Assembly (NCBI GenBank): GCA_018821305.1
Contig: JAHJMN010000189.1
Span: 55,115 to 119,114 of the forward strand
Direction of reading: 5' to 3'
DNA from: Myxococcota bacterium
Lineage (GTDB): Bacteria > Myxococcota_A > Polyangia > HGW-17
Length of the DNA: 64,000 bases
This document shows, in pieces, positions 8,660-18,770 of this stretch. The stretch's first letter is position 1. Every line of letters begins with the position of its first letter. The notes beneath the pieces are model-generated. The model searched no databases. It was not told where the DNA came from and saw only the letters and a program-made list of their open reading frames with translations. The position numbers and the translations under genes are program-made.

Positions 8660-10435
8660 ATGAGGATTTTCATTTTATCAACCACTTTTCTACTACTCTG
8701 GTCTACAAACGCCAGCGCTGCTCAGGAACTGCCTAATTACAGATCTTTTTATAATACTCTTCAGAAAAAAGTTGCGGATATAAAGAGAGAGTCTGTTTAC
8801 AACACAACAAAAAAACCAGAGAAAAAAGCCAAACGAAATTTGTTTCGTATGAAAGTAGGATCGAAAAGCATCGATTATTCAAAACTTGATGCAGTAGTCC
8901 TGCCAATAGATCCTCTGAAATTTGACTGCTCACACACAAATATATCCCGGGGTATGCCAACAGATCCGAGATTTCGCAAGGGTTCAATCAAATCTGCCCT
9001 CAGTTGGGCAAAGGATTATCTTTTCTCATCTAAACCATCAAGATCCGGCCCCGTCGAAGCTTGCAACAAAGGCATGTGGAACCTCATGAAAGCCAGATGC
9101 ATGGACAGCCGCGATCCTGAAATCGCACAACTCTATGTTAAAGGACGAACACACTGTCGTCGTGTTTTCAGGCGATGGTGGGTTGAAGAAACCTATAAAG
9201 CTGAAGGAAAAGAAATCCCACTGTGGGCCGTAGACCCCTCATCTTTGACGGAGCAAATTGCATCGAAAATCAGGTGGGGCGAGAATTACCTTAAAACTCC
9301 ATCAAAGTGGTACAGTTACATGATTGAATATTTGGATATTCTCTCAATCGATCCCAAAAATCGTTTTGCAAAAAAAGGTTTCGATATCATGTACTCCAGC
9401 TACTTTGGAGTGTCCCAGGACGAAGCTCGTAAGGCCAGAAAATCAGGAATCCTTGGTGGACCTCTTTCTACCCTCCCAAAGTCTGATTTGTATAAAAAAG
9501 CAATTAATGAACTCCTCGGAAAGCATCATACAGTTTCTGGTAATATCCCAACACTTGGGCTGACTTACAGAGATGTTAATTATCTTCTCACGATGGTTTA
9601 TCTACCTGCTATTCGGCGTAATCAATCTCAGTTCGCTTCACTCAAATGCTCAATTAATCTCAGAAAAGGCATGAAGGATTTTCGTGAAAAAGCTGTTACC
9701 GAAGAAATGAAACTGGAAAAATCCAGATATTGTTACCCATCAAGTCTCACGGTAGCAGGATCTGATGTAATGCGATACCCGACCATAAGACTGAAACTTA
9801 TTGAGATTCTTTCAAAACAAACAGATACACCTGCCGATGTCTATGCCGAAGCAGCTAAAACTGTGGCCAGACAAATCGGAGCTAAAAAATCCAGAGTCTG
9901 CTGGCTCCATGAAAATCCATATCCGGAGTCAATTAATCCATCTGCTGGAAATAAAGCAAATTGCTCAAGTTTTGGTCATTCTGGATACCACAATGTTCGA
10001 CCCGGTTTTTATAACTATGTATATGAACCAGTCAAACTGAACACTTTAACCTTCCTTCAGGTTAAGCTTGCAAGAAAACTTATTAAAGATATTCCTGCTG
10101 CATCAGGCCTTGACGGCAAACTTGCAAGAGTTGAAAAGAGAGCAAAAAAAGAAAAATGTCTCGCATGGGATATCACCATAGCATGGGATTACTTTGGGCG
10201 TGGAAAATGGGGAAAACCATACCGCTATTCAAACGGTGGACCTAAAGAAGTAAGCTGTGGTTCATTCGCAAGAAGTGGATTATTTTCTACAATTTTCAAG
10301 ACATGGAACAACTTTTTTGACACTGTTTTTGGCGGCCGTTTTACTGGAGGCGAACGAATTATTCGTCGTCGCTACAGTGGAGTTATACTCCGGAAAACTC
10401 GGGAAGGCCGACTTTTTGTAAAGCGTAAAATCTGA
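8660..10435 (+). CDS. secreted hypothetical protein, K/R-rich
   Basis: ATG at 8660 has AGGAGG six nt upstream. Signal peptide MRIFILSTTFLLLWSTNASAAQE. The ORF-track start at 8594 is a TTG and probably spurious. Confidence 0.55.
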   Translation: MRIFILSTTFLLLWSTNASAAQELPNYRSFYNTLQKKVADIKRESVYNTTKKPEKKAKRNLFRMKVGSKSIDYSKLDAVVLPIDPLKFDCSHTNISRGMPTDPRFRKGSIKSALSWAKDYLFSSKPSRSGPVEACNKGMWNLMKARCMDSRDPEIAQLYVKGRTHCRRVFRRWWVEETYKAEGKEIPLWAVDPSSLTEQIASKIRWGENYLKTPSKWYSYMIEYLDILSIDPKNRFAKKGFDIMYSSYFGVSQDEARKARKSGILGGPLSTLPKSDLYKKAINELLGKHHTVSGNIPTLGLTYRDVNYLLTMVYLPAIRRNQSQFASLKCSINLRKGMKDFREKAVTEEMKLEKSRYCYPSSLTVAGSDVMRYPTIRLKLIEILSKQTDTPADVYAEAAKTVARQIGAKKSRVCWLHENPYPESINPSAGNKANCSSFGHSGYHNVRPGFYNYVYEPVKLNTLTFLQVKLARKLIKDIPAASGLDGKLARVEKRAKKEKCLAWDITIAWDYFGRGKWGKPYRYSNGGPKEVSCGSFARSGLFSTIFKTWNNFFDTVFGGRFTGGERIIRRRYSGVILRKTREGRLFVKRKI

Positions 10436-10563
10436 TTTCCCCACCTATCCTTTGATTCCTGCTTCTTTTTACAAACTATTAATAAAATTATTAGTGAATA
10501 AAAAATTACCGGTGTTATATTGGCACCAATTCACTTCTTGCAGCTTTCTGGAGTTCTCAAGCG

Positions 10564-13500
10564 ATGATTTCCGATAATTTTCAGTCTTCGCCACTTTTCA
10601 ATCAAATAGTTGATAATATTCTTGAAAATGTTGACATTAAACTTAGCTCCGGGGATCTGGCTGATCTTCGCACTGTTCTCGTGGGAGCAAGGAATCAACT
10701 TATTTCCATTGAAAGAGAACTCGCTAATCTGAGTATAAAAACTGAAGAGATAAAGCGAGCAAATAAAAATTTTCTCAAATTGTATAATAGTGCTCCAGTT
10801 GGTTACCTGAGCATAGATATTGAAGGAAAAATTATTTCAATTAATATAACTGGAGCATCTCTTCTGGGCAAGCTTCAGATAAATCTTATTGGAGATAACT
10901 TTTTCACTTTCTTATCTAAAGACGAACATGAGCTTCTTTCGGAAAAGATCAGAAATACCGCTATCACCGGGGAATCATTTAAGCATGATCTGACAATTAA
11001 CCGACCTAACGGTTCAATGATGCATGCAGCTCTCGAAGGCGAAGTTGCCTCTTCTCATGACGGTTTTTTCAATATTGTTATCAGTGATATTACCATCCGT
11101 AAAATTTCCGAAATGGCCCTCAGGCGTTCGGAAGGATGGTTTCGAGCAACAATTGACGCCGTAAGTGAAATACTTGTAGTTGTCGATCCTTCTCTTAGAA
11201 TTCTGCTTTGTAATGAAGCATTTAGAAGGCAAATGGCCAGGATTAAAAAGTTTTCTGAACCTGTGGGTGAAAACATTATTGATTTTTGTCCATTTTTGGG
11301 TGAACGAGAGCGCAATGAATTCCAATGGATTTTCGAAACGGGCAAAGCAGTCAACTCGCGTATTGATTTCAAATCGGACTCCTTTGATTTGTTTCTTGAA
11401 ACTCGGCTTATTCCTATTTTCGATAATCAGGGAAAAGTAGTTCAGACCCTTGGCGTAATGACAAACATCACTGATAAAGTGATTGCCACAAATGCCAGTG
11501 AAGAAAAAGAAGTCTACCTTAAGGGCATTATTGAAAATGCTAACGACATAATCTTTTCTTTCAATCTCGACGGTTCAATTACATATATTTCCCCGGCGTT
11601 TTCTCGAATTCTAGGTAGAAATACCAGAGATATTCTAGGGAAAAATCTTTCTTCAAACCTTCATGCAGACGACATTGCCGAGTGGGAAAAAGCTACCAGA
11701 GTACTTCTTACGGACCATGAACCAATACGGAACCTTAAAATCCGTTTTAAAAACAAAAGCAATGAATGGTGGTGGTTTCTTGTAAGTATGTCTATTGTTG
11801 AAAACAAAGATGGCAACATCATCTATGGAGTCGGTGTTGCGACGGATATTAACGCACTCATTAAATATCAGGAAGCACTGGAAGAATCACGTCTTAGTTA
11901 TAAAGAATTATGGGAAAGTCAGGGAGAAGGTGCCGCTTTTCTGGATCCCAATGAAGTATTTATTCATGTTAACCCCTTTGGAGAAAAGATTTTCGGTCTT
12001 GACAGAGGTGTTCTCAAAGGTCGTAGTCTTCTTGAATTTGTTGATAATCAGGACCTGATTACGCTCCGTAATGAAACAAAGAAAAGGAAAAAGGGAGAGT
12101 CCAGTAACTACGAGCTCAAAATTAAACTGCCGGATGAAACAAATCGCATTATTTCAATTACTGCAGCGCCTAAATTTGATGACGTGGATGGAACGTACCT
12201 CGGAACTTTTGCTATTTTCCGTGATATCACTTCCAAAAAGGAACTCGAAAACAACCTCAGGAACAGTGAAGAAAGACATCGACAATTATTTGAAAATAAT
12301 GCTGCGGTGCAACTGATTATAAGCGCAATGGATGGAAGCATTATTGATGCAAATCCCGCAGCAAGTAAGTTTTATGGACATTCCAGAGAAAAATTGCGAT
12401 GCATGAACATGACTGATTTGAATGGTCTGACAACGGATCATGTCAAAGAATTTATTCGTCAGAGATTAGAAGAAGAAAAGTATATATTTCATCTTAAACA
12501 TAAACTGGCAAGCGGCGAACTACGAGATGTTGAGGTTAAAACCAGCCCCGTAAAGATAAACGACGACCTTTTAATTCACTCTTTTATTACTGACATAACC
12601 CAGCAGCGTTTGAGCGGGGAAAAATCAGCACATCTCGAAAGAATGCTCATCCATTCTCAGCGAATGGAAGTTTTCGGTAATATAGCCAAAAGCTTAACCA
12701 CAGAATTTTCTACAATTTTATCCGAGATTGGAGAAAAAACTACATTTCTGCGGAAAGGTGGCCAACTTCCGCCGGAATCTGCGGAAATAGATTCTCTTAT
12801 TGAAAAGGGACAAAAGCTTATAAACCATATTCTTATGTTTGGCTCTAATCTCCCCTTTGAGCTACAAAAGTGGGATCTTATCCCATTTATCGAAAGAATG
12901 CAGCCCATCATCGGTATGATTCTTGGTGCAAACTATGAGCTTTCCTTTCAACTCAAGGGTGGTGGAAGTGTCTTTCTTGACCCAATTCTTATGGAGCAGG
13001 TCATTGTCAACATAATTACAAACAGTCGTGATTCAATGCCGAGAGGTGGCTCTGTTACCGTATCAACTGATACTGCAACTTTTGCTGAACCCAGCCACGC
13101 TCTGGGTCTCTCTTCCGGTCGGTACTCAGTTATAACAATTCATGATCAGGGAGTGGGCGTAGAAAAAGAAATGGAAAAACACATTTTTGAACCATTTCTT
13201 ACCACCAGGCGTATCAAGTCCTCTACCACAGGCTTGTCCCTGATTACCGTGCATGGAATTATGAAACAACATTTGGGTGCCATTGAATTAGTTAATGAAT
13301 TTGGCGTTGGGACCATGGTCAGACTATATATGCCACTGATTGATGGTGTTGAAGTAACAACCTGTGATGATAGAATCCTGAATAAAACTGTACTTATTGT
13401 AGACGATGAAGAGGGGATAAGAGCCGTAACCCGGAAAATTCTTGAAATGGAAGGATTAAGAGTAATCGAATCACCGTCAGGAGAAGACGCACTTAAGTTT

Positions 13501-13746
13501 ATTGAAATACATCATCCAGAGATTGATCTTGCAATAATTGATATGATATTACCTGGAATGACTGGCAATATATTCAGCCAGTCACTTGCAGAATTATACC
13601 CTTCAACTCTAATGTTATTTATTTCCGGTTACCCGGAAAGCCTTGTTGCAAGGCTTGGAATTGATGAAAGCAAAGTAAACTTTCTATCCAAACCATTCAG
13701 TGTAAAACAATTCCGGGATAAAGTTCGCAGCATTCTCTGCATGTAA
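10564..13746 (+). CDS. multi-PAS hybrid histidine-kinase-like protein with C-terminal receiver; canonical phospho-acceptor His absent
   Basis: At least four PAS-like blocks. The dimerisation/H-box region reads SQRMEVFGNIAKSLTTEFSTIL where related kinases have KMEAvGrLAGGvAHDFNNLL. HATPase N box NIITNSRDSMPRGG and G1 DQGVGV are present; the G2 box is degenerate (TTGLSL). The REC domain has DDEEG, the acceptor Asp in IIDMILPGMTG, and S and K in the expected places. Confidence 0.75.
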   Translation: MISDNFQSSPLFNQIVDNILENVDIKLSSGDLADLRTVLVGARNQLISIERELANLSIKTEEIKRANKNFLKLYNSAPVGYLSIDIEGKIISINITGASLLGKLQINLIGDNFFTFLSKDEHELLSEKIRNTAITGESFKHDLTINRPNGSMMHAALEGEVASSHDGFFNIVISDITIRKISEMALRRSEGWFRATIDAVSEILVVVDPSLRILLCNEAFRRQMARIKKFSEPVGENIIDFCPFLGERERNEFQWIFETGKAVNSRIDFKSDSFDLFLETRLIPIFDNQGKVVQTLGVMTNITDKVIATNASEEKEVYLKGIIENANDIIFSFNLDGSITYISPAFSRILGRNTRDILGKNLSSNLHADDIAEWEKATRVLLTDHEPIRNLKIRFKNKSNEWWWFLVSMSIVENKDGNIIYGVGVATDINALIKYQEALEESRLSYKELWESQGEGAAFLDPNEVFIHVNPFGEKIFGLDRGVLKGRSLLEFVDNQDLITLRNETKKRKKGESSNYELKIKLPDETNRIISITAAPKFDDVDGTYLGTFAIFRDITSKKELENNLRNSEERHRQLFENNAAVQLIISAMDGSIIDANPAASKFYGHSREKLRCMNMTDLNGLTTDHVKEFIRQRLEEEKYIFHLKHKLASGELRDVEVKTSPVKINDDLLIHSFITDITQQRLSGEKSAHLERMLIHSQRMEVFGNIAKSLTTEFSTILSEIGEKTTFLRKGGQLPPESAEIDSLIEKGQKLINHILMFGSNLPFELQKWDLIPFIERMQPIIGMILGANYELSFQLKGGGSVFLDPILMEQVIVNIITNSRDSMPRGGSVTVSTDTATFAEPSHALGLSSGRYSVITIHDQGVGVEKEMEKHIFEPFLTTRRIKSSTTGLSLITVHGIMKQHLGAIELVNEFGVGTMVRLYMPLIDGVEVTTCDDRILNKTVLIVDDEEGIRAVTRKILEMEGLRVIESPSGEDALKFIEIHHPEIDLAIIDMILPGMTGNIFSQSLAELYPSTLMLFISGYPESLVARLGIDESKVNFLSKPFSVKQFRDKVRSILCM

Positions 13747-13759
13747 AATAGCTTTTTAT

Positions 13760-14908
13760 TCAGGTGCCCCTGAGGGAAATAACTTCATCATATATAGATT
13801 CCAGTTTTTCATTAACTTTAATTATATCATAATGTTCAAGCATTCGCTCTCGAGCGTTTTTCCCCAATTCTTCTCGTAATACTCTGTTAGAAAGAATGCG
13901 AAAAAGACCATCGGCCATCCCTGCTACATCTCTCTCAGGATAAAGAAAACCAGTCTTTCCATCTGCAACAATATCCGGTAGACCCCCATGCCAGTGTGCC
14001 AGGACCGGAACACCACATGCCTGCGCTTCTTTTGCGACTATCAAACCAGATTCCCTGTCCATATTTGGAGCGACCAGAGAAGGTGTTATAACTACCGTAG
14101 CCTGTTTCATTGCCTTCATTACTTCGTCATGAGGAAGAGCTCCCGGCATTTCAACTAAATTTGAAACTCCATATTTTTCTGCAATTTCTATTAGTTCCCC
14201 CCGAAGAGGGCCATCTCCAATAATAAGCATTTTCGCTGCAACACCGCGGTGAACAGCATGTGCAAATGCTCTTATTCCAAAAGCAAATCCCTTTTTTGCT
14301 ACAAATCGGCCAACCATGACAACCAGATTATCCCCTGGACTGACTGCTGGTGGTGAAAAACGAGAAATATCTATACCCAGTTTGTGTACTTTAATTTTAT
14401 TTTCAGGACAACCGGCTTCAATTGCCAGCTCTTTAAGTTCCGAAGACGCCGCCAGAAATAGTGTGGCATGGTTGAAAATTTCATTTTTCCGCATTGTATA
14501 ATAAAAAAATTCAGGATTCTTCTGATCAGGTCCAACTAAAATCGTCACATCTCTACCATGAAGTGAGACAACAAGAGGAATTTTAAACTTTTTAGCATAA
14601 GGTAAAGCATACAGTGTATTATGACCGAAGTGAGCATGAATAAGTTTAAAATCTCTTTGGGCAAAAACATTGTAAAAAGGTTTATATAAACCAGTAAGAC
14701 CATAAATTAAACTTGCAGGACTTAAAGAACCCATTAAATTCTGATCCGTTGAAAACACTTCATGCCCAGGATAAACATCTCGATTCAGATACTTCCTGGC
14801 AAATACAGTGCCGCGATATTTTTTATGAAAACGAAGTTCATCGTGAATGAACGTCTCGGATAAATGTAGAAAATTATTTCTAAAAAGAGCAAATTCAAGT
14901 ACTGACAT
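13760..14908 (-). CDS. glycosyltransferase family 4 (GT-B fold)
   Basis: EAQACGVPVLAHWHGGLPDIV matches the E-A-x-A-x-G-x-P-V motif of the GT1/GT4 C-terminal domain; about 380 aa. Confidence 0.8.
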   Translation of the reverse strand: MSVLEFALFRNNFLHLSETFIHDELRFHKKYRGTVFARKYLNRDVYPGHEVFSTDQNLMGSLSPASLIYGLTGLYKPFYNVFAQRDFKLIHAHFGHNTLYALPYAKKFKIPLVVSLHGRDVTILVGPDQKNPEFFYYTMRKNEIFNHATLFLAASSELKELAIEAGCPENKIKVHKLGIDISRFSPPAVSPGDNLVVMVGRFVAKKGFAFGIRAFAHAVHRGVAAKMLIIGDGPLRGELIEIAEKYGVSNLVEMPGALPHDEVMKAMKQATVVITPSLVAPNMDRESGLIVAKEAQACGVPVLAHWHGGLPDIVADGKTGFLYPERDVAGMADGLFRILSNRVLREELGKNARERMLEHYDIIKVNEKLESIYDEVISLRGT

Positions 14909-16385
14909 TGGTGGTTCCTTTCTTGAATTTTAAATCTTTATTAAGTGAGAAGTAAAAAATTGCATAAATTGCCATGAGGCCACCCCCGGTAATTAATCTT
15001 GCAACAAGAGTTGAACGGGTAAATAACGGGAAAAATGGCCATAAGAAAATCAATAATCCAAGTATAATCCAGAAAGATAGTATTTTCAGAGATAAAACCA
15101 TTCCTATGAGCTTTCTCGCCTCAATAATCTGCATTATGGAGACTATAGTCCCGGAAATTGCCGTTGCAACTGCAGCCCCCATGAGGCCCCAATGAGGTAT
15201 TAAAATTAAATTAAATATGAAATTAAGCACCCCTACGGTAATGGAATTGAATAGATTCCAGCGGGAAAACCCAGCCATAATTATCGCATTTCCCGTAAGA
15301 CCTGTTGCTATAGAAAGGAAGGGATTTATCAGGAGGATAATCATGAAGTCTGGATTCTGATTAAAAGAAGAATCAAAAAGCATTACAAGATCCTGTCGGT
15401 AGAATGCGACCACAAACAGGGCTGGAATTCCAAGGGATATTGCCCATCCTGTAATTTTTTCAAATATATTATTAAGCTCAGATATTCTACCTTCATGATA
15501 GTGCCTGGCAATGACCGGACTGTAGATTCCTGAAAAAATAAGCTTTACTTGACGTACATTCCGTACGATTTGAGCACCAATGCTATAGAACGCTATCATG
15601 CCTGGTTTAACTCCAAAACCAGCAAGCATAAGTACATCCATGGAAGAAATCAGGCGATTAAGTGCCATGTTCAAGTTCTGAGCAATGGCGAAAGTAAAAA
15701 GATCCGGGGTAGGTTTGTACACGAATTTAAAAGACATAAACTTACGGATATCTACCAGCCTGTTAAGCATAAAAATAGAGACAACCCCGGTGATGACCCA
15801 GCCGAGTAAAAAAGATAGCCCGGTGCCCACAGTACCCAAATCACACAAACGAAAAAGAACTGCCAGTACCAAAGTCGCGATGGGAAATACTCCACCTATT
15901 GTGATGACTTCTACACCCATTTTCAGGTGTGCTTTTGGAATAGCTACCGCAAGACGTGAAACGGCTTCCAGAGGTAAGATAAATGCCATTATCTGCAGCA
16001 TAGGGACTAGCTCGGGATAATCTTTGTAATAAAATTTATTTAGAACAGGGGCTCCGAATACCAGAAGAAGGGCAAGGACAGTGCTTAGTAGCAGTGTTGA
16101 AAGAATAATCTTTCTCATGTACGAATTGAATACATCCGAGTTATTCTCATCGTGAATATGCCTTGATGCGAACATCACTGTAGCATCAATAAAACCGCTT
16201 ATAGCAAGACCTCCCAGTATTTCCACAAGATTGTATGCAATAAAGAAAATTCCTATCGAAACTTTACCATACATTCTTGTGAGAACCAGAAAAAGAACAG
16301 GTCCCCCAATTATTTTTGTAAGCATTCCAATGAAATTTACAAAAGCTCCTTTTTTTATCTTTCTGGTAATATCAGCTTCAGTCAT
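14895..16385 (-). CDS. polysaccharide/oligosaccharide flippase (Wzx-like, MOP superfamily)
   Basis: 496 aa, about 12 to 14 predicted TM helices, N-terminus KKGAFVNFIGMLTKIIGG typical of Wzx. Overlaps the GT4 gene by 14 nt. Confidence 0.75.
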   Translation of the reverse strand: MTEADITRKIKKGAFVNFIGMLTKIIGGPVLFLVLTRMYGKVSIGIFFIAYNLVEILGGLAISGFIDATVMFASRHIHDENNSDVFNSYMRKIILSTLLLSTVLALLLVFGAPVLNKFYYKDYPELVPMLQIMAFILPLEAVSRLAVAIPKAHLKMGVEVITIGGVFPIATLVLAVLFRLCDLGTVGTGLSFLLGWVITGVVSIFMLNRLVDIRKFMSFKFVYKPTPDLFTFAIAQNLNMALNRLISSMDVLMLAGFGVKPGMIAFYSIGAQIVRNVRQVKLIFSGIYSPVIARHYHEGRISELNNIFEKITGWAISLGIPALFVVAFYRQDLVMLFDSSFNQNPDFMIILLINPFLSIATGLTGNAIIMAGFSRWNLFNSITVGVLNFIFNLILIPHWGLMGAAVATAISGTIVSIMQIIEARKLIGMVLSLKILSFWIILGLLIFLWPFFPLFTRSTLVARLITGGGLMAIYAIFYFSLNKDLKFKKGTTNVST

Positions 16386-16428
16386 ATTGGCTTTTTATCA
16401 CATGTGAGAAACAGCAGAAACAGAATTT

Positions 16429-18708
16429 TCAGGGGACAGCGTAAATGCGAACGGACCAGGGCGGGAGAGAAACATTTACCTGTCCTGATGAAACAGATAA
16501 AGTGTCCGTCTCGTAAAGAACATCTGCAAGTGTAGTTCCATCAGAAATGCCCCAGGATGACTTCATTTCTATCTGGGTATTACAGCCATCATTTCCACCT
16601 AAAACAACAAGCAAACGTTCGTTTCCAAGTTTTTTAAGGTATGCCAGACAAGACGCAGATCCATGACCTGCATCATAACTTCCAGTCCTGAGAGCTTTGT
16701 AAGTATTTCTTGCATGATTAAGTCTTGAAACGAGATCCTTGAGATTTCTCTGAGCATCACTCAAATTAGTATCCGAAAAATCCATCATCCTGCGATTATC
16801 CGGATCCTTAACACCAGCAAGTCCGAATTCATCACCGTAATAAATAACAGGAAGTCCACGCACTGTCAGAAGAAAACCGAAAGCAACACCCATACGTTGA
16901 TATACAGTAGCATCACCAGTTTGAGGTACAAGTGCCTCATTAAATGCCTGACATCCGTCTCCATTTGCCTGTCCTGCGGCTACCGAGGAAAATCTCTCGA
17001 CATCATGGTTGCCGAGGAAAGTCCCCATAAGTGTACCAGTGGAAATTGAACCTTCCAACGCCCAATCAAGATCAGTAATGTTCTGACGATTAATATGATT
17101 CTCATATATAAATGTATTCAGATCAAGCAGATTGCTTACAGCACCTATTAAAGCAGTACGTATAGCTCCATACATTGGAAAATCAAACTGTCCCTGTAAT
17201 TCTGAAGAGCTTATTTTCTCATTTATTATACCGTAATCGTACAGGAAGTTTTCACCAACCATATAAAATGGCGCAGTAATGGAGGATGCTTTTTGGTCTA
17301 GTTCTCGCCTGAGAAGTCTCAAATAGTTTGAATTTATATGCTTTGTTGCATCTACCCGAAATCCGTCCAGATCGAATGTATCCACCCACCACATGGCATC
17401 ATCAATTAACTGACGAAGCAGAAGATGGTTTTTGTGATTGTAGTCAGGAAGATATTCTGTGAACCAGCAAGTGAGCGCATATTCATTCCACCCGAGGTGA
17501 CCGCACTTGTTTTTCCAGAACTCATCAGTATTAATGCTTCCTGGATAATTAAACCAGAATTGATTTCCGTAATATTGTTCATGCAGCGGATGATCTATAA
17601 ATATGTGATTGGCTGCCCAGTCAACCAGCACCCGGATTCCTCTGGCATGAGCCTCATAGACAAGTTCCTGAAGATCCTCAATAGTACCGAAATGATTCTC
17701 AACATCACGTGCTGCCTGAGGCCAGTAAGCATGATATCCAGAGAACGACTGACCACAATCACCCGGTAATGCGTAATCGGGATTGTCCATTGGCGTTGAA
17801 AGCCACAAAGCAGTAATGCCTAAATCTTCAAAGAAGCCATCTTTGAGTTTTTGAGTTATGCCCTTCCAGTCACCTCCACGCCAGTTAACCTGTTCCGGAA
17901 GTCCGGAGATAGGAGCATCATTTGAAACATCGCCATTATAAAATCTATCGACAAAAATGGAGTACATTATCATGTCTTCCCAGACTTTTCCTTCAGGCTC
18001 CATCCAGAAAGATAAATTTCTTGAATATGTTGTTCCATTTTCTGAATTTACGTTTATTTCAACTTTATATTTTCCAAGTACCAGATTTGATGCGGTTACT
18101 GTCCCAATTCCTGTTTGTGGGTTAAAATTAAGTGAAGAATTGACTTCAACCCCATCTTTTCTTAGTATTGCCTCGACGTTTTCAATATTTGAACCATCTC
18201 CTCCGCGATAGATCTGAAATGTCATGGATGCAGATTTTTCATCCCAGTTCACAGTTGTGTTTAACTCCCTGGTTGTAGCAGAACTACAATCAGGAAGAGT
18301 CATCAGTGAGTTTTCATTGATTTGAGTCTTATCCCAGATAGTATACGGATTTGATGAATCCAAATGCCAATTTGTAGAATCCGAAACTAATTTATATTCG
18401 TATTCTCCAGCGGGGAGGATTATTAAGCCAGGCCTGGATTCATGGGGATTACTCGTAACTGAAATAGTCCAGGTATAACCATCCCTAAGTAAAAGCCAGT
18501 CATCATCAATTTGCCACTCATTAAAGTTTCCTGCAAGATGGACACTGCCTTCACTTCCGGCATTATAAACAATATTAAAAGTACAATCAGTTCTAACAGG
18601 AATGCTGCTTGAATTATTTGTATTATTACTATTGTTTCCGGTATTAGTTGATGACTCATCACAACCGAGTGAAAATAGTGACACACATAAAATAAGTAAA
18701 AATTTCAT
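16429..18708 (-). CDS. GH13 alpha-amylase-family glycoside hydrolase, lipoprotein with N-terminal accessory domains
   Basis: Lipobox LFSLGCDE. GH13 region II GFRVDATKHI, region IV FLGNHD, region I-like VLVDWAANH. Confidence 0.85.
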   Translation of the reverse strand: MKFLLILCVSLFSLGCDESSTNTGNNSNNTNNSSSIPVRTDCTFNIVYNAGSEGSVHLAGNFNEWQIDDDWLLLRDGYTWTISVTSNPHESRPGLIILPAGEYEYKLVSDSTNWHLDSSNPYTIWDKTQINENSLMTLPDCSSATTRELNTTVNWDEKSASMTFQIYRGGDGSNIENVEAILRKDGVEVNSSLNFNPQTGIGTVTASNLVLGKYKVEINVNSENGTTYSRNLSFWMEPEGKVWEDMIMYSIFVDRFYNGDVSNDAPISGLPEQVNWRGGDWKGITQKLKDGFFEDLGITALWLSTPMDNPDYALPGDCGQSFSGYHAYWPQAARDVENHFGTIEDLQELVYEAHARGIRVLVDWAANHIFIDHPLHEQYYGNQFWFNYPGSINTDEFWKNKCGHLGWNEYALTCWFTEYLPDYNHKNHLLLRQLIDDAMWWVDTFDLDGFRVDATKHINSNYLRLLRRELDQKASSITAPFYMVGENFLYDYGIINEKISSSELQGQFDFPMYGAIRTALIGAVSNLLDLNTFIYENHINRQNITDLDWALEGSISTGTLMGTFLGNHDVERFSSVAAGQANGDGCQAFNEALVPQTGDATVYQRMGVAFGFLLTVRGLPVIYYGDEFGLAGVKDPDNRRMMDFSDTNLSDAQRNLKDLVSRLNHARNTYKALRTGSYDAGHGSASCLAYLKKLGNERLLVVLGGNDGCNTQIEMKSSWGISDGTTLADVLYETDTLSVSSGQVNVSLPPWSVRIYAVP

Positions 18709-18770
18709 AATTTACCACCTGCCTGTCCTGCGGGACATTGGTAAAATATATAGCATATATCAGCCTTTTT

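Noticed and set aside
10520-10545. Possible sigma-54 promoter (TGGCAC...TTGCA) upstream of the pseudo-kinase
   Set aside because: The GG to GC spacing is about 18 nt, not the required 10-11, so it does not fit the -24/-12 geometry.
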